A stretch of DNA of 64,000 bases from Bacteroidota bacterium (lineage in GTDB: Bacteria > Bacteroidota > Ignavibacteria > UBA10030 > SZUA-254), in the NCBI GenBank assembly GCA_020056225.1, contig JAGVIE010000017.1, positions 251 to 64,250 of the forward strand. Reading direction: 5' to 3'. The translations under genes and the position numbers were made by a program. This document shows positions 10,682 to 21,230 of this stretch, in pieces (within the stretch, counting starts at the first letter, position 1; each line of letters starts with the position of its first letter). The notes beneath the pieces are model-generated. The model made no database searches. It was not told the origin of the DNA and worked only from the letters and a program-made list of their open reading frames with translations.

Positions 10682-11734
10682 TTAGTAAGTGAACAATAAA
10701 GAAATTCTGTGTACGCCGCCCAACCTGTTGAAGTTGGCAAAACTGTAATCGACATTCATCTTTGAAAAACTTACCGGCACTATGACTCCGAAACCGCATG
10801 TAAAATCGTCCTCTGAAGAGCCATCCTTTCCGAGCAATTGCTCTCCGAATGTGCGCTTCAAACCGAGTCTAAGAGATAACATGTCATTCCATGTATATTC
10901 TGTGCCTAATCTTATATTCTCAACATTATCATTAGGGTGATTTAATTGTATAGATGATGTTACTTTGTGCAATTCAGACTGATATGGTTCGAATGCGATA
11001 CCGACCTTGAATAAAGTCGGTGGTGAGAATGATCGGAAATCAGTAACAGTAGAATCTTCGAAAAGGTTCACACTACCCGACGGCGATACGTTACCTCCAA
11101 AATTTGTGACAACAACAGCAAAACGTACAGTTCCCAAACCAGTCCAGTAATATGTTCCTATATCTACCAACACGCTCCGCATTTTTAAAATATCAAGAGT
11201 CTCTTCGATATATTTGATAGTAGTGCCGAAGCTGAATTGATTGGTTAACTGTCTTGCGTATGTTACACCAAAAGCGAGATCGCCGTATTTAAACATCTCC
11301 CCTGTTCCGTGCGGGTTAGTTTCGTTCGTTACAGGCATGTCGTTCATCGATAGAGAAATAATACTGACTCCGACAATATCCGATGGAGTCAATTTATAAG
11401 TTGCTCCGAAGAATTCATGTTTAATATCTGCAACATACTGTGTATGCGATAAGATCACTTGATTTCCATCGGCTTGTAATAATCCTGCGGGATTCCAATA
11501 GAGTGATGATGCATCGTTGCCTATAGCCACAAACGATTCGCCTAATGCAGTTGCGCGCGCGCCGACACCGATTTTAAGAAACTGAAAAGCCGATATGCCA
11601 ACACGCTGTCCGCCTAAATTGGGAATCAATTGAGCGCTGAGTTGCGCGTTAAGCGTTAAAAGTAAAATTATAGGAATGCTATATCTAAACTTCATCAATC
11701 TTTCTATTATCTTTTTTACATTCATAATAATCAT
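10682..11734 (-). CDS. FadL/PorV-PorQ family outer-membrane beta-barrel protein
   Basis: Signal peptide, then GVGARATALGESFVAIGNDASSLYWNPAGL, which is the FadL/Toluene_X N-terminal signature. It ends in an aromatic residue (..LLFTY). Located 12 bp downstream of the TonB receptor. Confidence 0.6.
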   Translation of the reverse strand: MIIMNVKKIIERLMKFRYSIPIILLLTLNAQLSAQLIPNLGGQRVGISAFQFLKIGVGARATALGESFVAIGNDASSLYWNPAGLLQADGNQVILSHTQYVADIKHEFFGATYKLTPSDIVGVSIISLSMNDMPVTNETNPHGTGEMFKYGDLAFGVTYARQLTNQFSFGTTIKYIEETLDILKMRSVLVDIGTYYWTGLGTVRFAVVVTNFGGNVSPSGSVNLFEDSTVTDFRSFSPPTLFKVGIAFEPYQSELHKVTSSIQLNHPNDNVENIRLGTEYTWNDMLSLRLGLKRTFGEQLLGKDGSSEDDFTCGFGVIVPVSFSKMNVDYSFANFNRLGGVHRISLLFTY

Positions 11735-11746
11735 TTTCCTGATGCC

Positions 11747-14650
11747 TTAGAACCTAAGAGATAAACCGAGTTTGAATGTACGGGGATTTAGATAACGAGC
11801 CGGATTATACGGATATGGGTCCAACGGCGCGGTTAAATCAGGATATAACGGATCGTTCCAATCTGTCGGTGTTACTTGACCGTATTCATATGCGGTTCCG
11901 GTTATTGGATTGATTATCTGAGCATTTTTATTGTTGAATACATTCTGGATTTCAAAGCTTAAAACTAATTTTATTAAATCAAACGATAAATATTTTTCAA
12001 AGTTCAAGTCGGTATAGAACCAATTGCTTCCGATTTGTTCATAAAGCTTTGTTCTATCAGACTGATACTCAGGTCTGCCGGTTGTCGGATTATAACGATA
12101 AAATTTCTGCGGCGTATATCTCTTCCCTGATTGAAAGAATAACCTGACATAAACATTATAATCATCGAGAATGCCTCTTCCGAATGCGAACAAAGGTTCA
12201 TTTTTGGGAATGTTAAAATTCAGATTTGCCGACGTCTGCCATGGTCTATCCCAGACAACATAATTCTCTTTCAGATTCTCTTCAACGCCCTGCTGAATGT
12301 TGTAGACGTTCTCGTTTGCGGCAGAACTTTTTCCGGTCGCGATACTGTAAGAACCCGACAATGTCGCCCTGAACATTTTCCCGATTCGCGTTTTATACTC
12401 CAACTCAATACCACGAATTCGGGCATAATCCTGGTTAATATAAATCGTATATAAACCGCGAGTCGTACCTGATATGATAGCTCGAAATTGTTTCGCTGTT
12501 ATATAATCGAAGATATCTTTGTAATATGCAGTTACCGAAAAGACATCATTCTCTGTAAGCTGATTTCTGAGGCCCAGCTCATATGCGACTGTAGTCTCTG
12601 GATTGAGATTTGGATTACCGATTGTCTGGAACGACGAACGGGATTTCGTTCCGCTGAGCTTTGAGTAAACAAATTGCGGTCTTGGCAATTTTGAAAAATG
12701 TCCATACGAGAAAAAGAGCGTTTGGTTATCCGTGATCGGGTGTGAAATCCCAAGTCGCGGACTTATACGCGCTTTCCAATATCTTCCGAACCATTTATAA
12801 CTATCTTTTGTGTATTGATCTTTGATTGCCTGCGGAACAAGAACAGCCGCCCCGGATTCAATCGCATCATCAACATATTTGCCTGGGATCCAATAATCAA
12901 GACGTAATCCAAAATTCAAAATCATCCCGCTCATAGTTATTCCGTCTTGACCATAAAGAGCGCCGTACGCAGGAAATACTTTATATATATCATTATCGAA
13001 CCCGAGCGGCTTCACCCATGGCTGTACAATATCGATCAACTGCATCTCTTGAAACCGGGTTTCTATTCCTGCTTTTATTTTATGCTTTTCGGTCGGTGTG
13101 GTTGAAAAATCAAATTTGAATGTTGATTCTTTCAGATAATGATCTCTCCATGAAGTCGGACTTCCATATTCATAGAATCCATCACCCGGTATAACATTGA
13201 TAGTATCAAGCGAGCCGGGATTCGGGTAATAATATTCCACCGGATAAGAAACAATATCCTTAGGCTCAATATAATCACCGAATGGCTTATCGGGATACGT
13301 AGCTTTTTTATTCGCATCACCTCGTACATGAGCAGTGTACAAACTCATCTTAACTTCATAAAAAGTTTTTGTGTTTAGAGTGTGAGTCCAACTTAGACTA
13401 TGCTGGGTGTTTATCTGAGTATAAGTAGCCGCATTATCGGGAATTTTCTGAAAGAGAAACTGGTACCCGGGATTCGGTTCTACGCGATCCAGTGTTGCCT
13501 GCACGGTTTGTGAATTCTGATCGATCTGGATTGATTTGCTGAACGCGTATGATAATTTCATAGTTGCTTCAGGTTTATAAGTTAATTTCGTCAGACCTGA
13601 ATAACTGTTGCTTCTTCTGGGTGAATATTTTGTGCCGCCGAGTATAGTAGAATATAATCCCTCCGGTGCGAATGCTGCATAACCAACCGGTCTTCCACCG
13701 GCAAGCGTTTCTACCCAGCGTGTATAGCCATCTGAAAAATTAGCTGAAAAATTTGAAAAGAAGCTCAGACTTCCCGGAATTGTCAATCCGATTGCCGGCA
13801 GAGCATATGTCATTATCGGTTCAGGTCCGCTAAGATTAAATTCATATATATCGGTGTTAAAATTCGATCTTGTGTCATTATTGAATCCAAAGTGATCTCT
13901 TTTATGAGCCACGGCACCTGAATAACTCTTTGCTCCCTCTTTTGTTGTTATATTGACAACGCCTGAAGTTGCTTGTCCATATTCCGCGTTATAACCACCG
14001 GTGAGTACTTCTACCTCAGCTATTGCCTGTGGTGCGATCTGCAAACCAAATCCCTGACCTGCAAGAGGATCTTGTACAGAGATGCCATCGATGAGATAAG
14101 CATTTTCGTAACTACGACCGCCGCGTATATGGATCTCATTATCCGATTGTACAACTCCAGTCTGAAGCGATACAACATCTTTCACATCTTTCACACCCGT
14201 TACCTGAATATCTTCGCTTGTAATCGACCGCCGGCTCGATGTTTCTTCGATATTGAAGAGTGGCTTTTCTCCTATAATGATAACCTCTTGTCCTAATGAA
14301 AGTACTGTCCCATCCATCTTGACGTTTAGTGTAGTCGATTCTCCCTCAGTTACTTTTATACCTGTATATTGCATTGTCTTATAGCCAATGAGACTGACTT
14401 CGACAGTATATGACCCTGGATTAATATTAGCGATGGTAAAATTCCCTTCAATGTTGGTTGCGGCGCCGTAGTAAGAGCCTTTTATAACAACATTCACACT
14501 GGGAAGTGGATCATTTGATGCTTTATCTACGACAGTACCCTTTATGGTTCCTTTTGATTGCGGGTAAGCAGGTTGAACGAAGGCAAGCAATATTATAATG
14601 GAAATTAATACTCTCATAAATCTATTCCGATGCGATATCAATTTTTTCAT
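11747..14650 (-). CDS. TonB-dependent outer-membrane receptor with N-terminal CarboxypepD_reg domain (SusC/RagA-like architecture)
   Basis: Signal peptide, then GTIKGTVVD...PLPSVNVVIKGS...GNFTI (CarboxypepD_reg), a plug domain, a 967-aa barrel, and a C-terminal ...LSLRF. Confidence 0.85.
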   Translation of the reverse strand: MKKLISHRNRFMRVLISIIILLAFVQPAYPQSKGTIKGTVVDKASNDPLPSVNVVIKGSYYGAATNIEGNFTIANINPGSYTVEVSLIGYKTMQYTGIKVTEGESTTLNVKMDGTVLSLGQEVIIIGEKPLFNIEETSSRRSITSEDIQVTGVKDVKDVVSLQTGVVQSDNEIHIRGGRSYENAYLIDGISVQDPLAGQGFGLQIAPQAIAEVEVLTGGYNAEYGQATSGVVNITTKEGAKSYSGAVAHKRDHFGFNNDTRSNFNTDIYEFNLSGPEPIMTYALPAIGLTIPGSLSFFSNFSANFSDGYTRWVETLAGGRPVGYAAFAPEGLYSTILGGTKYSPRRSNSYSGLTKLTYKPEATMKLSYAFSKSIQIDQNSQTVQATLDRVEPNPGYQFLFQKIPDNAATYTQINTQHSLSWTHTLNTKTFYEVKMSLYTAHVRGDANKKATYPDKPFGDYIEPKDIVSYPVEYYYPNPGSLDTINVIPGDGFYEYGSPTSWRDHYLKESTFKFDFSTTPTEKHKIKAGIETRFQEMQLIDIVQPWVKPLGFDNDIYKVFPAYGALYGQDGITMSGMILNFGLRLDYWIPGKYVDDAIESGAAVLVPQAIKDQYTKDSYKWFGRYWKARISPRLGISHPITDNQTLFFSYGHFSKLPRPQFVYSKLSGTKSRSSFQTIGNPNLNPETTVAYELGLRNQLTENDVFSVTAYYKDIFDYITAKQFRAIISGTTRGLYTIYINQDYARIRGIELEYKTRIGKMFRATLSGSYSIATGKSSAANENVYNIQQGVEENLKENYVVWDRPWQTSANLNFNIPKNEPLFAFGRGILDDYNVYVRLFFQSGKRYTPQKFYRYNPTTGRPEYQSDRTKLYEQIGSNWFYTDLNFEKYLSFDLIKLVLSFEIQNVFNNKNAQIINPITGTAYEYGQVTPTDWNDPLYPDLTAPLDPYPYNPARYLNPRTFKLGLSLRF

Positions 14651-16422
14651 TATCCGCCGAATTCATCTATGAAAACACGTTTCAGAAAAGCTGGAACACC
14701 AAGTCCATCTCCCGGCGGTTTTGAGGGCCACCTTTGTTCATAACCGTTCATTATGTGAAGGGGTAAGCTCAAGAAGACAAATTGTCTATTCACATCGATA
14801 ACACCTATGTTTATTCGTTTACGCCATTTAAGAGTTGTCCCAGGCATAGTAATGGTAGTGTCGGGAGGTATTGAATAGATGTAATCGGCGCCGGCTTCTT
14901 TAATAAAATCTCTGACGAAAATTGTATAGGCTCCGCCTGAGTTTAACGTCGGGGTGAATCTCAGCCGGGGGAAGGAATCGGCATCTGTAGAAGGATCAAT
15001 GGGCCAATCGTTCGGAACACGGGTGGAATATAGTGTATCTATAATCCTATCGACTGGGGCAAAATCGACTAATGAACCTCGAGGATCACCGAGGTAATAT
15101 CCGAAGCGTGTCGAATATAAAACTTTACCTCCTGCACCCGTGTAAAGATATAAAGGATATTGTGCTATCGAATGTACATGTGCCCAGTTGTCCGGAATAT
15201 AATCTGTGAACCAAAAAACGTATTTATACAGCATGAGCGTTCTCACGAATGCCGGATTGAGATTTGGTGGTACTAACTCACCCACATTTTTATCAGTTGT
15301 ACCTCGGCGTATATCCAGAACATCGAAATTTCCAAGATTTCTCGGATAGGATACACCGGGGAACGCATCTATTGCTGCAAATGCAGATCGATAAAAAGGA
15401 ATGATTGCTGTGTCCGGTACTGGCAGATCATAGTTAACAATAGTAAGTAAACTGCTCTTTGGTTTACGTACATACCAGGTATTATTTCCATCCGGCAAAG
15501 AAACCATAGGACTGTATTCACCAGCCAAATCTTTCGCCTGAAGGTAAATTTTGTTTGTATCATCGAGATGCAACCCCTGTACGGTTCCGAGTTTTTTCAT
15601 TATCGGGAAAGACCCGGAGTAAACATCCGCATCGACTACTCCTGTAGCGCCGTCCGATCTTAATCGAGGAACCTCTAATGTTACCATCGTGTGCGAAGAT
15701 GAGAACTCGAACCATGAAGCTGAATCACCTGGATTATTAAGATTTATCCTGTATGCCTTGAGAGTATTAATACCATCTATGTCGTCTCCTGTCCAAGTGA
15801 ATGTTGCAACTGTATATGTCGTATCCGGCTGCTGAATGGTTTTTGTAGGATCGAAAGGATCTTTGGAAAATTCAACTGTCGGCGGTGAATTTTTAATAGA
15901 GAATATCTGCGTCGCACCGGTTGGGTCGATTGCGTACTTCAAGTTGGGTAACCGTAAATCGTCACCGTCATAAATATTGTTGCGGTTTTTGTCCCAGTAC
16001 GGCTGTGAATTCAATCTTACTATTCCACCGACACTGATGGAATCTTTTAAAGTGTTGTCTACAGCCCGTACGATTACAGTGAAACGCTCTTTCGCAGATA
16101 GCAATGGGAATGAAACGAGACTATCATTCGCAGTCACCCATGTGTAGCCCAAAGTATCGGGGATTTGGTTGCCGGGGACACTATCGGTTTTGTAGAATGC
16201 GAACAAAAATCCCTTTACGATTCCATCAGGATCCTCGCCCCACCATTTTACCGACTGTCTGCTGATTACCGGAGCGAGTTGCTTCGACGTATCAATCTGA
16301 ATCCACAAAAACGTTTTAGGCGGTACGTTCTGTTTGGGACTAACCGGATTATCTTTCTGACAGCTCAGAAAGATCAGAGCTGCCAGAAAGACAAATATTA
16401 CGGATACGAATATTCTTGACAT
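14650..16422 (-). CDS. Lipoprotein of unknown function (590 aa)
   Basis: Signal peptide and lipobox (IFLSCQKD). Its stop overlaps the TonB receptor start (ATGA), and it abuts the upstream gene with 0 bp gap. Confidence 0.6.
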   Translation of the reverse strand: MSRIFVSVIFVFLAALIFLSCQKDNPVSPKQNVPPKTFLWIQIDTSKQLAPVISRQSVKWWGEDPDGIVKGFLFAFYKTDSVPGNQIPDTLGYTWVTANDSLVSFPLLSAKERFTVIVRAVDNTLKDSISVGGIVRLNSQPYWDKNRNNIYDGDDLRLPNLKYAIDPTGATQIFSIKNSPPTVEFSKDPFDPTKTIQQPDTTYTVATFTWTGDDIDGINTLKAYRINLNNPGDSASWFEFSSSHTMVTLEVPRLRSDGATGVVDADVYSGSFPIMKKLGTVQGLHLDDTNKIYLQAKDLAGEYSPMVSLPDGNNTWYVRKPKSSLLTIVNYDLPVPDTAIIPFYRSAFAAIDAFPGVSYPRNLGNFDVLDIRRGTTDKNVGELVPPNLNPAFVRTLMLYKYVFWFTDYIPDNWAHVHSIAQYPLYLYTGAGGKVLYSTRFGYYLGDPRGSLVDFAPVDRIIDTLYSTRVPNDWPIDPSTDADSFPRLRFTPTLNSGGAYTIFVRDFIKEAGADYIYSIPPDTTITMPGTTLKWRKRINIGVIDVNRQFVFLSLPLHIMNGYEQRWPSKPPGDGLGVPAFLKRVFIDEFGG

Positions 16423-18648
16423 TTACTTCACTAACATCATTTTTTTAACTTGATTGAAATTACTTGTTTGTAAACGATAGAAATAAATACCAGAAGAAAG
16501 TTTCGAGCCGTCGAATGTAACATGATACCGACCGGCTTTCTGGATTTCGTTTTTCAGAGTTGCGACTTCCTGTCCTAAAATATTATAAACTTTTAGAGTG
16601 ACGAAATCCGCTCTGGGAAGTCCGTACTCAATAACTGTCTTCGGATTGAACGGGTTCGGGTAGTTATTCGACAATTCGTAAACAGCCGGCAGTGGTTTAA
16701 ATGTTTCTTCCCCAACACTCAACGGCAGATATGTTCCATAGTCTGCGTTTGTTCTTGGAGCAACCTTGTACCGGTTGTAGCTGTAGTGGAGAATTCCTCT
16801 CAATCCTGCAAATTTATCACCGGTCTTAAGGATTGTTGTTCCCGGATAAATTGTATCTCCTTCAACGGTTGAGTATGTATTCTTACCATCTCTCAGAACA
16901 GTGATTTCACCTGTTTTATCATCAACGTTATATTCTGTGAATACCTGATATGTTGGATTCAGATTAGTCACCTCAACAGTATCGAATTCAACCAACATAC
17001 CTTCCCATGGCTCGGCATTAAAATCTCCATTACTCACCAACGAGCCGAATGTTCCGGTCGTAAATTTAACGGGATCGGGAATTGGATTTCCGACAGATAA
17101 TATTTCAACTGCCGAGATGTTATCGAGGCATGTAACATCACTCGTGTAATTATGATATTCGGTTATGGTTCCTGTGATCGCAACACTATCGCCTTTTTGC
17201 AGGCTTGACAATGTATCCATAATTCCATTAAACCACAGACCGCTAAACGGACCATTACCTGATTGCATATGCCATACAGATACACCACGGTTATTTATCG
17301 GGGCAAGTCCATAGTCGCTTGTATCGGAAGTTACGATACCACGAATCGTTGTTACCGCACCAACATATGGACTCCTGCCGTTAGTGAATGTTGTATACTG
17401 AACGTCATGAATAGTCAGAACACCATCAGTGACTTTATAGAAATAAAGTCCCTTAGATGTATCAGTACCGATAGCACCACCGGCGCCGTTTGCGGAAATC
17501 GAATAATATCCGTTAATATCAGTTACTTTTATAAAATATTTAACATCAGTGCCGATGGACTGAGCGGGAATATTTACGCTGTAGAGAGTATCGCTGCTAA
17601 TTGCTAACATAGTGTCGATGTTGTATGGTCCATCATTCACGCTGTAATATATTAATCGAGATGCTATTGTGGAACCAAGAGGTAATTGTTTTATAACTGC
17701 TTCGATTCTCGGCGTGCTATCGGGTGTAACAATCACAGGATAACGATACACTCTCGAAATCGCAGGACGACTCACACCAAGCACCATATCACCCGGGTAT
17801 ACAGGTGCAATGTTATATCCGTAATTATTCTGTTGTCCTGAGACTGGCGTTATCCAACCTCTAAGAGTATCAATTTGTGAAAAATCTGCGGGATGAGCGT
17901 AAGTTGACGTTGGATCTTTATGGACTCGCGTTGTGAACCATTTTGATGCGTCATAGGTGGCGATGTTGTTCCCCTCAGCATCAACTATTAAGACTCCATA
18001 ACCGGTACTTAATCTTGATACAACCGTTAAGTTTGTTAATTCCACATACTTCGCTTCTAGCGGCTCACCTGTTGTATATTTGACGCCATTAGGATATGAG
18101 CTTTGATAAAGACCACGATAAAAATCTCCGACTGCCGAATTTGTTATTGGTGGAAGCTCCTGTTGACCGATAATATCATAGGTCAAACTTCTGTTAGGTA
18201 CTATTTGAGACATGCTATTCATGGAGCTTGAAGGGAATTCTGTAATCGGACCTGTAATCTCAACAATATCACCTGGCTGAACACCAAGCATGCTAGCATA
18301 ATAAACTGAATCAGATGGATTGGTTGTAGAACTTAGATTGGGTCTTACAAATATATGACTAAAAGCACCATTGTATCCTGTATCGGCAAGTACCAAATTA
18401 TAACCGATAGATGTATAAGTAAAAACTTTTGCAGGTATCACACACACACCAACAATTCTTACTGTATCTCCAAAATAATTTGCACCTTGCAAAGTCCATC
18501 TTGTACCGACATTCTGAAGCTGGTCGGCAACTAACAATGAATCATTTGGTCGATACTGAATATCACGTATGTTGCGGTAAGGATACTGTGCGTCGGCGAT
18601 AGTCGCCAAGACAAATATCATTAATAGAACTCTTAACAAAACCTTCAT
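16423..18648 (-). CDS. Secreted protein of unknown function with type-A T9SS C-terminal domain (741 aa)
   Basis: Signal peptide. C-terminus reads NYPNPFNPKTVIEY...GIYFYRLQT...KKMMLVK. Confidence 0.7.
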   Translation of the reverse strand: MKVLLRVLLMIFVLATIADAQYPYRNIRDIQYRPNDSLLVADQLQNVGTRWTLQGANYFGDTVRIVGVCVIPAKVFTYTSIGYNLVLADTGYNGAFSHIFVRPNLSSTTNPSDSVYYASMLGVQPGDIVEITGPITEFPSSSMNSMSQIVPNRSLTYDIIGQQELPPITNSAVGDFYRGLYQSSYPNGVKYTTGEPLEAKYVELTNLTVVSRLSTGYGVLIVDAEGNNIATYDASKWFTTRVHKDPTSTYAHPADFSQIDTLRGWITPVSGQQNNYGYNIAPVYPGDMVLGVSRPAISRVYRYPVIVTPDSTPRIEAVIKQLPLGSTIASRLIYYSVNDGPYNIDTMLAISSDTLYSVNIPAQSIGTDVKYFIKVTDINGYYSISANGAGGAIGTDTSKGLYFYKVTDGVLTIHDVQYTTFTNGRSPYVGAVTTIRGIVTSDTSDYGLAPINNRGVSVWHMQSGNGPFSGLWFNGIMDTLSSLQKGDSVAITGTITEYHNYTSDVTCLDNISAVEILSVGNPIPDPVKFTTGTFGSLVSNGDFNAEPWEGMLVEFDTVEVTNLNPTYQVFTEYNVDDKTGEITVLRDGKNTYSTVEGDTIYPGTTILKTGDKFAGLRGILHYSYNRYKVAPRTNADYGTYLPLSVGEETFKPLPAVYELSNNYPNPFNPKTVIEYGLPRADFVTLKVYNILGQEVATLKNEIQKAGRYHVTFDGSKLSSGIYFYRLQTSNFNQVKKMMLVK

Positions 18649-18706
18649 TGTAAATCTCCTTTTTTATATGATAAAATTAAAAATAATATTTCATCGTGAT
18701 TATAGA

Positions 18707-20854
18707 TCATTTAACTACCAAAAATTTTCCTATTCGAACATCGCCCGTTTCATTATCTTTTACCGAAACGAGATACAAGCCGGTTGCAATGGCTTGATCG
18801 TACCGTGATATCAAATCCCACGCATGTTCACCGCCCGAAAACTGGGGAGGAGCGAGCAGTGTTTCAAATTTAGTGAACCAGTCTATATCTGAGCCATCGT
18901 ATGTCGATGCATCATGATCGATATTTGCAACAATATCTCCAGCCAATGTATATATCCGTATTTCACATCGTGCCGGGAGATTAAAAAAAATAATTTTTCT
19001 GTTTCTCTCGCCGCCGGTACTGCCATCCCAATATGCTTTGGCATAATAAGGATTCGGATAAATACCTATATCGGTCGATTTTTTCGAATTAGGCTTAGTA
19101 CCGGAGATAACCCTCACAATAGATTTAGGACTTTCATTATCCGGCGGAGATCCTGTATCAAAAGCCGCAACTCCATACATATACTGCCAGCCATTTAGGT
19201 GAGTCAGATTCATATCAACCGGCGGGAATCTATACCAATATTTATTGGTATCCTCAGGAAAAGTTTTAGGTTCATCCAATTTAACTCTGGAGAAACCTGT
19301 ATTATATCCAATATTATTCGTATCAATATCATACTCACCTACAAGAGCCATGTCGCTAAGGAAATTTTCCGGCGTAGTTATATCCACCCCTGCATTACTG
19401 CGATATACTCTATACCCTTCGAAATCTTTGGCTTGTGTTACAGGATCTACAGATTCTTCAGATGTAATTTTATCCCAATAAATTATCACACTATTATCTG
19501 CAACTTCAGCGCGCACCTTCGGACGTCGTGGAGGTTGGGATACGCTATAGCGAGTCAATTTTCCATCTCCGTTAAAATCTTCGCCTTCGTCAAGAATACC
19601 ATTACCGTTTAGGTCTTCTCCGTTATAAGTTTTCTGCGCCCATCCAAGATTATTAAACAATGTAGCTCTCTGTTCCGGATAGTCATATCTTGCGTGATCC
19701 TGTCCATATTTTTTAGCAGTAACAATTGCGAATATTACTTTCAGAGAATCGTGAGGATACATGGTTATGAAAGGTCCGGTAGAGAGTAATAACGTCGCAT
19801 TAGTCGGTGCGGTTCTAAGAGTAGCTATTTTCGAAGCTGACATAGAGGTTGTCATTCTTGCATATCGATTCATCCATCGATTTAGGTCTTCATCATCAAG
19901 AGAAGGAGAAAAGAATTCTTGGTCTCCTACTGATGTTCTAAATTTCCAGGCGTTGAAATATGTTTTAGTCGACAAATCACGAAGTGAATCGATTGTTTTT
20001 GGGAAAGGACTCACGCCAAGTAGACTCATAGCGATATAACTGCTCGCAGGTGGACCTTGATTATTTCCATCAAAATCGAATGCGTACGCCATCCTTCTTA
20101 CTGAATCGTATCCCGCGGCTACGTTGAAATATCCCGAACTGCCCGGTCGGACAAAGTTAGTATTCCTAACGACAAAATTGTTCCACAATCCAACGTAAAC
20201 AGAATCCAGAGTATCTATGACAACTTTTTGTGAATAAGGATCTTTATATCCCTCGTTATAGAAAGTGTAACTTAGTATTACAAAAAAATCGGCTGTGGGT
20301 AAATTCCATGCGTAACTTTCTTGTTTGACTTTCAATCCCAACGGTAGATGGTACGGTATGGTATCACCGGTAAGCGGGTCACGCACATATTTATCAGTGT
20401 ATTCACAAATGAAATCCAGATCACTCACAGCGCCATCGGTTGGTAAACCTGAGAATGGATCGATTGACCTTTTGATAATCCCAGACCCTTCCTCCGAAGT
20501 GAACTCATAATGTCTTCCGCTAACTCCGCTAAGGCTCCAATCTGTTGCACCGGTTGACACTGCGGCACGCCCCCTGAGACGAGAATAAGCGCCGAACCAT
20601 ACACCACCCTGATAGAGATGTTCAATACCCGATCCACGGGGATATTCTGCTGAATATTGTTCGGGCCAATATGCATTTCTTGCACCTATGGTTCCGTAAT
20701 TTGTCACAGTAAGCTGTAAATCACCTACATTGACAACCTGACGCTGATCTTTATCGGTTATCTTCGATAACGACCTAATTGATTCATCATCTTGCTGACT
20801 AAAAACAGTAATGGAATAAATGAAAAAATAAAACAAAATAAAGTTATGTTTCAT
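18707..20854 (-). CDS. Large secreted Ca-binding-repeat protein (715 aa), paralog of the 1204-aa protein at 41213-44827
   Basis: Signal peptide and D-x-D/N-G-rich repeats (DLNGNGILDEGEDFNGDGK). It shares an N-terminal block (EYPRGSGIEHLYQGG), a mid block (VIIYWDKI...KDFEGYRVYRS) and a divergent CTD ending GKFLVVK with the 1204-aa protein. Confidence 0.6.
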   Translation of the reverse strand: MKHNFILFYFFIYSITVFSQQDDESIRSLSKITDKDQRQVVNVGDLQLTVTNYGTIGARNAYWPEQYSAEYPRGSGIEHLYQGGVWFGAYSRLRGRAAVSTGATDWSLSGVSGRHYEFTSEEGSGIIKRSIDPFSGLPTDGAVSDLDFICEYTDKYVRDPLTGDTIPYHLPLGLKVKQESYAWNLPTADFFVILSYTFYNEGYKDPYSQKVVIDTLDSVYVGLWNNFVVRNTNFVRPGSSGYFNVAAGYDSVRRMAYAFDFDGNNQGPPASSYIAMSLLGVSPFPKTIDSLRDLSTKTYFNAWKFRTSVGDQEFFSPSLDDEDLNRWMNRYARMTTSMSASKIATLRTAPTNATLLLSTGPFITMYPHDSLKVIFAIVTAKKYGQDHARYDYPEQRATLFNNLGWAQKTYNGEDLNGNGILDEGEDFNGDGKLTRYSVSQPPRRPKVRAEVADNSVIIYWDKITSEESVDPVTQAKDFEGYRVYRSNAGVDITTPENFLSDMALVGEYDIDTNNIGYNTGFSRVKLDEPKTFPEDTNKYWYRFPPVDMNLTHLNGWQYMYGVAAFDTGSPPDNESPKSIVRVISGTKPNSKKSTDIGIYPNPYYAKAYWDGSTGGERNRKIIFFNLPARCEIRIYTLAGDIVANIDHDASTYDGSDIDWFTKFETLLAPPQFSGGEHAWDLISRYDQAIATGLYLVSVKDNETGDVRIGKFLVVK

Positions 20855-21195
20855 TAAGATACTCAGTAATTCCTTAGGAGATTTGTTGGATGGATATTAA
20901 ATGTGCAAAATGTAATTTCACGACCATTATTAAAAATAGATGTTCCGAGAATTTGGAAAATTGTCTTCTTTATACGAGAACTTAATGTTTTATCACCAAA
21001 TCAGGAGAAAACGCTTTCAAGTCTTAACGAATAAGGATTAATTCGATTGGACTAGATTAATGATTATTGCAAATATAAATCATTTTTTGAAGAAATCAAA
21101 ACTATTAGATTAGAAAATATAATGAATATATCACTGTTAATATTTGGTTAGGACACTATTAATTAAATCATTAGATAAATTTAATAAAAGCAATC

Positions 21196-21224
21196 TTGAC
21201 AGTTCAGCAGCAAATTTGTAACAT
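21196..21224 (+). promoter_or_regulatory. Sigma70-like promoter (TTGACA-17 nt-TAACAT)
   Basis: The -35 TTGACA at 21196-21201 and the -10 TAACAT at 21219-21224 are separated by a 17-nt spacer, in an AT-rich intergenic region. Confidence 0.4.
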
Positions 21225-21230
21225 ATTTTT

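Noticed and set aside
19199-19612. A 137-aa plus-strand ORF and several other 60-140-aa plus-strand ORFs, at 18914, 19245, 19761, 35595, 42752, 49402, 55627 and elsewhere.
   Set aside because: They are antisense to long, motif-supported genes. They have low-complexity or Cys/Ile/Phe-rich composition typical of AT-rich antisense frames and carry no start context.
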